Shown here: piece by piece, positions 1 through 10,800 of the stretch
Layout: each line of letters starts with the position of its first letter
Position numbering within the stretch: position 1 is the first letter of the stretch
Source of the DNA: Callorhinchus milii
Taxonomy: Eukaryota
Direction: 5' to 3'
Assembly (NCBI RefSeq): GCF_018977255.1
Contig: NW_024704756.1
Coordinates: 8,184,001-8,248,000, forward strand
DNA length: 64,000 bases
The notes under the pieces: generated by a model
What the model saw: only the letters and a program-made list of their open reading frames with translations
Database searches by the model: none
Told to the model about the DNA's origin: nothing
Made by a program: the position numbers and the translations under genes

Positions 1-192
1 ATCCTCCTTGGGGTGAAGGTAAGCAGAGTTTCCTTGGAGTTGAACTGGCTCCAAGGTGAAATGCTTGGCAATGGAATGTCGGAATCGAGCCAGCTGTCTG
101 ACAGTCTTGGTAGTCCAGTTCCTTAGCCAGTATTCCAGGACACTGCTGATGACAGAACAATTCATTGGCAGGACTTGGAAAGGCAGACCAGT

Positions 193-506
193 CAACAAAA
201 TTACATTTGTATAGCACCTTTCGTGTCGGGAGGACATCCCAAAGCACTTCACAGAATATGCTGTAAAGTGAATTGACTGTATATTTGTGGGCGAAACGCA
301 GCAGCCAATTGCGTTTGTGGGACACAACAGTGTCCCACAAACATTCATGGATTGCAAATGACCAATTTATTATTGTTTTGTTTTGGCGGGATTATTATTA
401 GGCGTGTGGAGTAAGGAAACTTGCCCAAGGTTTCGCCCTGCCTGGAATTGAACCCAGGTGTCTCGCTTGCAAGGTGAGTGCTCTAACCACTGAGCTACAG
501 GACTCC
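193..506 (-). mobile_element. tRNA-Ala-derived SINE with Deu-like core and L2-type tail, full length
   Basis: GGAGTCCTGTAGCTCAGTGGTTAGAGC head; aligns with other copies in the window; variant (TTG)n terminus. Confidence 0.9.
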
Positions 507-625
507 AAGGGCAGGGAATCCACCCACTCAGATCCTGTTGACCCTGCAAGCCAAAGTCTTAATGGATGGGGTGGGAAGAATGTGCATTACATTCCAATAA
601 ATATCTCTGGAATTTCCATGTGTAG

Positions 626-693
626 GTTTGGATACTCTTAAGTGTGGTGATGGGTTTCCTTATGCGTCAGAACACCCGGCTGATCAAAAAAAA
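626..693 (+). repeat. Unclassified dispersed repeat with A-rich end (copies at about 51440-51510 and 59334-59400 on -)
   Basis: GTTTGGATACTCTTAAG..TGGTGATGGGTTTCC...GTCAGA(A)CACCCGGCTGA is shared by three loci. Confidence 0.75.
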
Positions 694-1341
694 AGACCTG
701 TTAAATGTAACTTAATTGGGAGAAATATCATCTTACCAATTTTGTCCTGACTTGGTTCTCTGCTAATTTTTTCGGTAAGAAATATAGGTCTTCATCTTTG
801 ACTTAGGTTCTCCACAAGAGTAGTCAGTCACAGCCTCACTTCCTAAAAAGTGCTGGTGCATAATAAATTGTTTTTTGATAATCTGACAATAACTGGCTCT
901 TTTGCTGACAGAATTAATCCCAAACTGGAACACCCTCTAATGATGCCTGTTATGGGAAGTACAGTGAAGTGAGAGATGTGTTCTTTTGATGTTGAGGTTG
1001 CGGCAGATCGATCATTGAAGCAGAGAAAGGAATGATAAATCTCACTTGAGTCTATATTGACTCTATTTTCTTAGCATTTCAGAGCATGCAAACTTTTGAA
1101 ATTGGTGAATTCAGTCTTAACTTTGAAGTCAGTTTTGCTGCAAGTTCTTAAAAGAATTTACCGTAAAACAGCTTCAAAATTAAGACTGTATTAAAGAAAT
1201 TGCTAAACTCTGGATGCTTAAGTTGGAATTTCTATTCCTCGGTATTTCACTCTGTATGCGTCTATCCAGTATCTTGCCTCAGAGTGGCTGAATTGACAGT
1301 GACTGCCCAAAAAATTATATTCCCTAATGGAATCCTATAAC

Positions 1342-1452
1342 TCACTGGTTAGAACGCTCATCTCGCAAGTGGGAGACCTGGGTTCGATTCCTGGCAAGGC
1401 GAAAGGTTGGGCAAGTTTCATTACTCCACACGCCTCTGTTTACCTGGCAGTA
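1342..1452 (+). mobile_element. SINE head fragment, older long subfamily
   Basis: tRNA-like head followed by CTGTTTACCTGGCAGTAA. Confidence 0.8.
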
Positions 1453-1710
1453 AGGTGTAAAGGTTTGAAATATAGCAAGTAAGTGATTTGTGCAAAGAGG
1501 AAGATTTACATTTCTTGTTGCATTAATTTGCCCACATTTTTGCTCCATTATGGTTTGGTGCCAACTTGTAACAAATTAACATGAAAAACGGATTGTAAAT
1601 AAGATATATATCTGCAAGAATTTATAGCTTCAGTTTCAATCCTTGTGTGTTTTTTAATCTCTATCTGAATGTAACGAGGTATACTGGTCTTGTAAAGGGA
1701 TCCACATTTT

Positions 1711-1984
1711 ATAATAATAATAATCCTGGCATTTGATATAGCACTTTTCATGTCTTCTAGATGTCTCAAAGCGCTTCACAGAATATACTATAAAGTGAAT
1801 TGACTGTATATTTGTGGGCGAACCGCGACAACTAATTGCGGACAGCAGTGTCCCATAAACAATCATGGATTGAAATGACCAATTTATTATTTTTTTCTTG
1901 AGGGATTATTATCAGGCGTGTGGAGTAAGGAAACTTGCCCAAGGTTTCTCCCTGCCTGGAATCAAACCCAGGTCTCTCACTTGC
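1711..1984 (-). mobile_element. SINE, 5'-truncated
   Basis: Same family; (TTA)n tail. Confidence 0.88.
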
Positions 1985-3724
1985 GTTTCAACCTTTGGGT
2001 TGTTCCTTCATGCATATGAAAACCTCAGTACATGAATAAACATGTAGTTTCTCTTTACTGTAACTCTTAAATAATGAAAGCACATGAAGCTTTGATCGAT
2101 TCGCTGCTCCTTCGTAAAATGCGCTAGAACATTCTTTAAAGGCATCTTAACTGCTGCTTTATTTTATAAATTTATTTTTCTGTAATTAAAATATTATGGC
2201 TGTGTCTGCAGCATTCTCCTGTCCACACCGTTCACCCCACCTTTCACCACACCCTTTATCCAACCTTCCTCTATCTCCAAGATTTTTTTTAAAAAAGGAA
2301 GACAGACGTAATGAGCTGTGTGGTCCAACTGCACCCTTCAAAGATGATTTTCACACGGCAACTTTTATTCCATATATGGGCATAACCAAGAATTACTCAC
2401 TGTTTAACGTCTGTCTTCCTTTGCACAAGAAAAAAAATCATATGCTAAGCACAAATGTTTTCTTAGCAACCATGTTAATTAACAGCCCATCGTCTTCAGT
2501 AAGTACACCTGCCTTTTATTACTTTGTGATGTTTAATGCTTCACATTACTTTTATTCACTGCATTTCTTTACTTCAGTATCAGGTTTCAGTGCTGTACTT
2601 GGAAGAAAAATGTGTGTCCTCCTCTTACCTGGTTATCTATGTTTTGATTTAAAGGAGTGGGTATTTTTTTTAAAATGGAGTAATAGGGTTATAATTAAAA
2701 CTCTTAACTTTAGTGTGCAGAGCTAAACCCTTGAGCTGTAGTCAAGTGCTTGAATCTTTTCAAGGTCTTGTGTGTGAGTATAAATATGATGAAACATTCA
2801 ATAGAATTATTGGTGGATAAAGGACCAAAATCAAGAGGGGTATTTCTTTTGCACAAGTGATGACCAGGATTTTACTGCTCTTGTGTGTGGTCCATTAAGT
2901 TTGTGTTGTGTTTACCTATCAACAATGTTTGAGAAGCACTGTGGCCGAGGTTGTGTGTGTGTGTAGGTGTGTGTGAGAAATAGTATGCAGTTGAAAGGCA
3001 CCTCTGTGCCAAAGGTGTATTTCGCACACCACTGACGCATCAGTCACACATATCAAATATTTTAATGCAAAGACAGGACATAAAAGGTGGATAGTTTTCT
3101 TTTGTTAATTTTAAACCAGGTATATTGGATATGTTTAACATTACTGCAACCAAATTGATTTGCAGACAAACTGGCCTCATTCAGTTACAAATAAGCCGCA
3201 TGTCACTTTGTTTTCACCAATTGTCAGTCAGTTTATTAACACTACTTCTAACTACCAAGACATTCTCAGTACTATGGATGCTCTGTAATTATTCTGCATT
3301 TCTCAGTAGCAGCCCTCTTATTGTTCACTCATCTCTATTCTGAATTCTTGATTTACATCGCCTTTTTATTCAGCCTATTTTTCCTGCTCATTGTTGGTGG
3401 AAATGTCAGTGTTGACTGGTTTACAAATTATTTACAAATTGTAATCTCTTCCTTAACATGTGATAACCATGACCCCATTTTTTTCCTGTTGACAAAGAAA
3501 CAATCTATCTTTTACGATGCCTAAAAGGATTAGGTGCTAAACTTCCTTTACTGGCTTTTGTACCATTTAATATCAAATACATTTCTGCATTAAAAAAGAA
3601 GGTAATATAATGTATATGTTCAAATGATTTTGTGATCTTTACTTTGATTGATTACAAGGTGCAGCCTGCCTCTTCAGGTCATTCCTGAGTTTTCAGTGTC
3701 ATTGTTTAGAGAGCGGTTCTAATA

Positions 3725-4125
3725 CAACAACAACTTGCACTTACATAGCACCCTCCACACAGGACGGCGTCTCAGAGCGCTTAACAGTGGCAGACGCTGA
3801 CTCTGGGAGGGGGAAGGTGGCGTAAGCATGGTCGAAGAAGAAAGTTTTCAGGCAGGACTTGAAAGAGGGGAGAGAAGGGGCAAGGCGGAGGGGTTGAGGG
3901 AGAGTGTTCCAGAGTTTGGGGGCGTAGTGCGACCTCCAATGGTGGAGCGGAGGTTGCGATCGACGAGCAGGAGGCTGGTGCCAGTTGAGCGGAGGCGCCG
4001 GGTGGTGGATTGGGGAGTGAGGAGGTCGGAGAGGTAGGGAGGTACCAGGGAGTGAAGGGATTTGAACACGAGCGTGAGGATCTTGAAGTCGATCTGTTCT
4101 GTGATGGGGAGCCAGTGGAGCCTGG
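3725..4125 (-). mobile_element. L2 LINE 3' fragment
   Basis: LHWLPITEQIDFKILTLVFKSLHSLVPPYLSDLL is the typical L2 ORF2 C-terminus; (TTG)n tail. Confidence 0.88.
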
Positions 4126-4529
4126 GCCAGAACTGGTGAGATGTGGCAGTTGAGATAATAAGCGTAAACCTAGCTTGAAGCCATTTAGCCTTCATTTTGT
4201 AATGCTTGATTTCATATGGAGAAAATAACTTTTCAATGTAAAGTACTCCCTGTCTTGTGTCACTTGATCTCAGTTTTAAAGTCACGTTTGTCAATCAAAA
4301 TTAATTCTCTTCCAGAGAAGTTCTTCATGAAGCTCCACATTTATTGAAGTGACTGTGAGGAAGGTGTGCTTCAGTGCACCATGATCTGAGTACACTAGTG
4401 GCTCAATTTCAAAACCACCTCCTTCTTGTCTGGGAGCGAGAAAGGAGTCCACCTATTACAGTATCAGTCTGTAAGCAGATCAATTATGTAGAGAATGTTT
4501 TCTTAACTTGTTTTTCCTGTATCAAATAA

Positions 4530-4800
4530 ATACTAAGAAGATCTTGAGAGAAGACATCTCAGATAAGACCTTATTAGAGGTGCATACAAGTTTAAAGGAG
4601 ATTTAAAAAGTTCAGTTAGAAGGAAAGTACAAAGACAGTAGAACAAGAAGAGCTAAGTTGAAAGTTGCAAAAAGCAATTTCAGGATGAGCACCAGAAATT
4701 GTTTATTTACCCAGAGGATAATTAACAACAGGAACAGATAGTAGTGGCTAGGACACTGGATGATTTAAAACAAACTGTTTGATGCTGTTAGGGCATTATG
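4530..4800 (+). mobile_element. Degenerate CR1 3' fragment
   Basis: Relics of the RRxLRxDLIEVxK-coding and FFTQRV-coding segments. Confidence 0.55.
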
Positions 4801-5064
4801 GTTAAATGCACAGTTAAAACTTCATTTGAAAACAAACCAATGTTTATAATAGTGTTTGTGGTAGAATAATTACACTAGTGTCTAAAGCTAAATAGGCCTT
4901 GTATTCTGGAAATGTACTTTAGATAATCACAGAATCAAACATTTGGCTGCTTGTTGCTAGATCTAAATCCTCATTGTTGTCACTGAAACTGTCTGATGCC
5001 TCTCTGTGGAATATTATCGTTTGATTTAAATCCAACATTTTTCTTTCCGGTACTGGATTCTCAG

Positions 5065-5148
5065 CAGGAATACAGATCATTGCCTAACGCAAAATGCGTT
5101 ACCTGGAACACCAATGGCTTACATGAATCCAACCAGGAAACCAGGATG
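5065..5148 (+). CDS. POF1B: Candidate upstream POF1B coding exon (QEYRSLPNAKCVTWNTNGLHESNQETRM)
   Basis: Pyrimidine-rich CAGCAG acceptor, ATG|GTATGG donor, 84 nt, open, phase 0-0. Only loosely similar to the small N-terminal exons of human POF1B. Confidence 0.45.
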
Positions 5149-5444
5149 GTATGGGCAATCCCAATATAAATTCTCATCATGTTTTTCAGAGTATTAATCA
5201 CTTGGTACAATGCAAAAGCTATTACTGTAACTATATTTGATCACTGTGAAAGTGCTCTGCTGTTTATCTCACACTAAATGATACAGTAGTGGGTACTTGT
5301 AATATAAAACTGTCCAATTAATGAATGAGATTAAATGGTAAAGTCTGTGCAGGATTTGCTTCCCAGAGAGTTGTAGTGTACTAATACACTGATATAATGT
5401 AAAACTCTCCCTTTTCATTGAAAAGATTGAAAGGTCTTGCATGT

Positions 5445-5670
5445 TTATAGCTCTTTATCATGTCAAAACATCTCAAAAGTGCTTCACAAAGCAATTACTG
5501 TCCAGCATAGTGATTGTTTTACTGTTGGCCAAGGCGGTAATCAGTTGTGCCAGCAAGATCCCATGTACAGCTATGAGGTGAATGCAGCAGTTATTGTTGG
5601 CCACAATATTGGGAGAAACACACATCTCTTTTTGAATATCTTTAATGTCCACATGAACAGGCAGACTGAT
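5445..5670 (-). mobile_element. Old DeuSINE (SacSINE1-like) fragment
   Basis: Similar to the copies at 12.2, 58.0 and 62.6 kb. Confidence 0.6.
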
Positions 5671-7049
5671 GTAATGCTAAATATAGGTCTACGTGTAAGA
5701 TGATGTAAGAGCATGACATATAATAATAGAGAAACAATGAAGTAATTTATTGGTTCTGCTGACTGTTCTGTCAGTGCTTCACAGAGCTACATAATTATTA
5801 TCTTTTCCACCCATTCACTGTGACCAGACAATGATGCAACAGCTTTTGCAGGACTTTTTCTCTTAACCCTCCATATAAGGACTTAAACAGACACATTTAT
5901 TGTTCAAGTCCATAATGCTATTTTCCCTTCACCTGTATAGCAAACATTCCCCAGTAATCACACAGCCATGTTTGAACTCTGAATTCACAGTGTCACCACC
6001 GCAGCAATTGTTTTCACTGGTGAGAAAAAGATTAGTGTGCTATGTTTTCACTATTGCCAATGTTGCGTTAAGTAAAGTAAAGTCCTTTTTATGACTACAG
6101 AGACCCATCAGATGTAATGGGTACACAATGAGCAGTCCTGTTAACATTACTAGAGTCGTTACATAGTTGGGTCCTTTTTTGGAGAACTGCAGCTTATCCC
6201 ATGGGCCCTAAATTTATGCTCTTCCTTTCTATGCCGACAAAATAGCCTCAGCGGTTGTTTGATACGATTGCCTTTATTTTTGTCCCTAATGTATTATAGT
6301 TGTGTGAAAATGTTTGCTTAAGCATTGAGAGCCCACACCGGTAGACCTAATCTAGAAAGCCTCAAATGGACAATTATTTTAACAGCGTTTTAACCGCTTA
6401 CAATACAATATAATTTACATAGCATTCGTTCCACTACCAATTGCATGTTCACAAATATATCAAGTTTTACAAGTTTGCATTAATGAAAGCAATTTATTAA
6501 GTTGACAGCTCCTTTTTTTATATATGTTAATGTTGATTCCTGTAGCTTAAAGCTAACAGTGGAACAACAACTCGTATTTATATAGCGAGCTTCATGCGTG
6601 GTAGAGTTTCGGAGTTCTTACAGTAGAATTTCAGTCAGGTGTGGCCAGTCTGGGTGAGAGAGGGTGGATGAATGATAATCGTTTCTAGCTCAAGTCTAAA
6701 CTGGTATTTTTCTCTGTGCAGATGCAAGGCCAGCAAGAACATAATTGGGGAAGTGATGTCACCTATGAACAGAATACTAGGAAAATAGCCTTGCCACCAA
6801 CTCCCACTGAGGTATAATCTGACTAATCGCACTGTGACTGGCACACATCAACATAGCTTGACACAATCTTTTTCCACCTTTCAACGTTAAAAGATAGCTA
6901 AGTCTATTGTAGTAAATTTAAATGATCATCTCCTACACCAGACCAAGAAGATCGAATGCACCATTCCAATATTTACCTTTTATTTTTGAAGAATCCACTG
7001 AAGGTAACTCATTTTTATATACAACTGCCTCGATGGCGATGGCGAGACA

Positions 7050-7370
7050 GGTTTGCTCGGTAAGCAGTTGAGTCATACCGACTGGCAAGGTTCCAGGTTT
7101 CATCCTTGGTTTCAGCTGATATAACACAGGATTTCATCTGTTATTTTATCAAAGCCACTGGACTCAGAGGTCTGGTTTAAGCTGCTAAAATCAGCCCGTT
7201 TACCTGTTGCTGAGTACTATACTGAACAGCTTCAGCAGGGGGTGTCTGTACGGACATCAGGTGAAAACGGAATGGGGCTTGGTGACAATCCCCTGAAGCG
7301 AAATGCCTTTCTGGCTTTCACTGTTCAAAAAGGAAATTATAGCCGTTTTGGTGAGGTGCCACAGTGCTCT
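7050..7370 (+). mobile_element. LF-SINE-like relic
   Basis: Ordered blocks GAGTCATACCGACTGGCAAGGTTCCAGGTTTCATCC, AAAATCAGCC, GGACATCAGGTGAAAACGGAATGGGGCTTGG and TTGGTGAGGTGCC are collinear with the LF-SINE consensus as I remember it. Confidence 0.6.
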
Positions 7371-7757
7371 TTGTTCCTCCCGCCAATCACATTTAAGTGA
7401 TGTGCTTTGATGTATGATGTGTCAAATTTATTGCACTTTCACTAAATTGCTACAGTTACACCCTTGGAGTTTACATATGGCCATAAGTTCCCAAGATTGA
7501 GTTTCTACTTTTAAAGGCTTTCTTACGTAGCTAAGATGATTTTAAAGTTAGACGTACAATGATTCACCAATCCTTTCACTTCTACATTTTCAAAACTTTT
7601 TAACATTTGAAACATTTTAATCTTATGATATAATTCACTGAGGTCCATACGTGCCAACGATAACTCATAGGTGTTTTGTATTGAAGTTAGGGGCTTCACC
7701 AACACTTGTAACTACTGTCCAAATTGTTATTTAAACTACTATTTGTTTTGTTTACAG

Positions 7758-7880
7758 ATGCAGAACAAACAACATGAATTCATACTGGCTCAGAGCAGGA
7801 AAGGAATAAACATTCCCAAAGGGGCTGAAGTGATAGTGCAGAAGACCTTTGTGAGGTTTGATCAAAACAATCCAGTGCAG
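7758..7880 (+). CDS. POF1B: POF1B exon (MQNKQHEF...VIVQKTFVRFDQNNPVQ)
   Basis: tttacag acceptor, CAG|GTATGA donor; resembles human NVIYEKTIRKVEKLNTDQ. Confidence 0.75.
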
Positions 7881-10800
7881 GTATGAGGTTCATTGTACAG
7901 TAGTTGTGTTTTACACGCATGTCAGCAGACAAATATCTATTTTCTTATAATGACTTCTAAGTGATAATAAAATACAGTAACACAATTGTTCTAATTTTGG
8001 GATGTTTCATTGTGAAGTTAAATCTTTCTATTACAATACATCTTTTATACTTATAGAATCAGTTTCAAGTAAGAGAACAAATTAAATGTCATTAAATATA
8101 ACTTAACTGGAAATAATTATTTGCAAACATATTTCTGTCTGAGTTAGTGTCTCCAAGATCCAATGTACACTATATAATTATTGATCCATCATTTTTATAT
8201 TTGTAATTTGATTGAACTCCTTGACATCCTTTTATCAGTGACTTGCTGCAGTTAAGGGTAAAATATTGAATCTTCCATTTTTTTAGTGCTGGCATAATAA
8301 CTCAATAATAATTATAGCATAATAAGAACAGGTTGTAATAATAACCTGGTGGAGAACATAATTCTTACTGTTAAGGTGTTTAAAAGATCCATTAGTAGAA
8401 TCTGGCATTAGGAAAATGTTCATCCCATCAAGCCCATTTTGTTCAGTGGATTGATATTGCAAATAACCACCGTGAATTATCTTTGTAGTGCCTTTGCCTC
8501 ACAGTCGATGCCGGTTAGAAATAAAATGCATTATTTGAATATAAGAATTGTGCTTTGGTTTGGGGGAATAGAGGTGAAACCTACACACCTTCATATCTAA
8601 TTGAGCCCAGTTTTGAATCCAAGAGGAATGAATCAGCCTTGAGTTGTATTTTCAATTTCATGGTAGAGCCAAACCCAGCAATTACTGAGCAAAACTAATA
8701 ATATGGGAGAAAAACTTGGCTTCGTTTTATGATTACTGGCTGTGGATTTGCATCTTTTGGTAATTGAAGACTTCAACCATTTGACTCTGCCAAGTGTGGG
8801 TGAATGTGAAGGTTTTGCATTTTAAACTGAAAAAAANGTTTCTGTATTCAAAGACGCACGTCACCAAACAGTTAGCGTGAACCATACTTTGTTTTGAAAT
8901 AGAATAACTGATTCATTCATTCATTAATGAATTAAAGTGAACTCCTCCTCCTCAGATATTTCAAATATTAAGCAAAGTTTGTTTTTAAAAAGTATAAAGA
9001 TGAAAAGTTCAATGCAAACTATCCAATTAAAAGAGGAGATCACAAGATTGGTTTGGATGAAGAAGGGCCTTTGGCCCATCTGATCCCATCCCTCCAGAAC
9101 ACCATCCCTAAACCAAGATGCAGTTTTAATGAGACTGATTGACAACAGCCAACGTGTGATTGCTAGACTGTTACTGGATTTGACTCAAGGAAACAATCGT
9201 GGAAGTCTAAACTATTGTTTGTTTCCCCAACAGACAACAAACCTGGGACGTGAATACAGAGAGACTTCAAGCACAAGAAGCTCTGTCAGTTCTCAGGAAA
9301 TGGACAGCTCATTTGATCAAAGCACATTAAAAAGAGGGGTTGTGCTGAGCCCCAGTCAGATGTTGCAGGTAATTGCTCTTTGAATTAAAGTTTTTTTTAA
9401 AAAAGAAAGACTGCAACCTGAGAATTTTAAAGAAAATAAACATACACATGCTATGAAAGAAACAAAATTCTGAATAATCTTGTGGGGGTGCTTCTTATTT
9501 GAACTGGGGGTGATATATGAGGTTGGATATAGTGACTATGCTATATTGCCAAGCACTGCTACACACATGCAATTTCCTCCTGATTGAGATAAATAGTTAT
9601 TTTGCATTATACATCCCAAGACTGGTTGCTAAATTCATGGTTCAGCGAAGACAGTCAATATTGGGTAATTACAGTTCAAGTTGAGATGTTCTGCTCTAAT
9701 TTCCCCAGCAATGGCATGTGCTGGGAACAGGCTTCTGTTATATACAAGCTGCTAAAATATAGAAGAAATGTTTGTAATCATCTTGGAGGATAAATTCAGA
9801 GATGATTAACAGCAATCATTGGATACTCCACCCCCTGTGGAACATGAAAAAGTTTTTTGAATTATTACAATAAACTTAAATATAATTGCTCTAATAGAAC
9901 TGTCTGTCTGTCTGTTCCACTAAAGTGAGCTGAGTGCAATTAAAGGCTGGATGGCCTAACCCAGTCAACAGCCCAGACAAGTTCAGATGAAGTTGCTTTT
10001 TTAGGTCGAGGAATGATTCCACGCTTATTAGGAAACCATTTGATTCTAATTTGTCATTTTGCTTGTGGAATAGTGTGTTTTACAGGAGGCATGAAAGGAC
10101 AAAATAACCTAGTTAATGGGGAAGTGCAAATCAATTCACAAGGCAGTTGCATTGGTGAGGCCCAAAAGGACATTTTCTATTTTAAGCATTGTTGGGTTAC
10201 ATCATTGAAGAGAAGCTTTGAAAGAATTACAGAACAATACAAATTTTCGTTTATATTGCGTCTTTCACAGCAGGAGGACGTCTCCAAGGTGCTTAAAGTT
10301 GCCGAGGATAGGTTTCTGGTTTAATTAATCCTGGATGAAGTAATATAGGGGTGTTGCATTCAATTATGCCATTTAGGTTTTATCAATTAGGCTGCTGACA
10401 CGGTGCTGAATCATAAGGACTTAGCTGTTGAAACCATCTGATAAAGAGTCAAGGATTTCTGCTGTAGTCATGTGTTTAGTCTGTACAGGCTTCCAGTGTA
10501 CACACCAAAGCGTTATCATCTTTTGTAAGATATTATGAAATGTGCGCTGGTGAATAGCAGATATGAATGTAAACCAAAAGCAATTGAACATTCCTTTCAA
10601 GGTACTGCATTCACTGACAAGAGACATTCATTTATTTAACCAGTCACTTTTTTTTAAAAAAATGGTTTTGTTTCAATAATGCTAATTCAGGATTTGAATG
10701 AGCAAAAACGGTCAAGAGAGTTGACTGAACATAACCCTTGATAGTGCAGAACATGTCTGAACTGCTTCTTCATTTTTGTTTTGCATCCAACTCAAAATCC

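Noticed and set aside
2196-2726. 176-aa ORF as the POF1B first exon
   Set aside because: AT-rich and Phe/Leu-biased, with no POF1B similarity and no convincing splice donor
5941-6019. Possible extra POF1B exon (tag acceptor, GTGAGA donor)
   Set aside because: 79 nt, with an in-frame stop when entered in phase 0; incompatible with the flanking phase-0 exons
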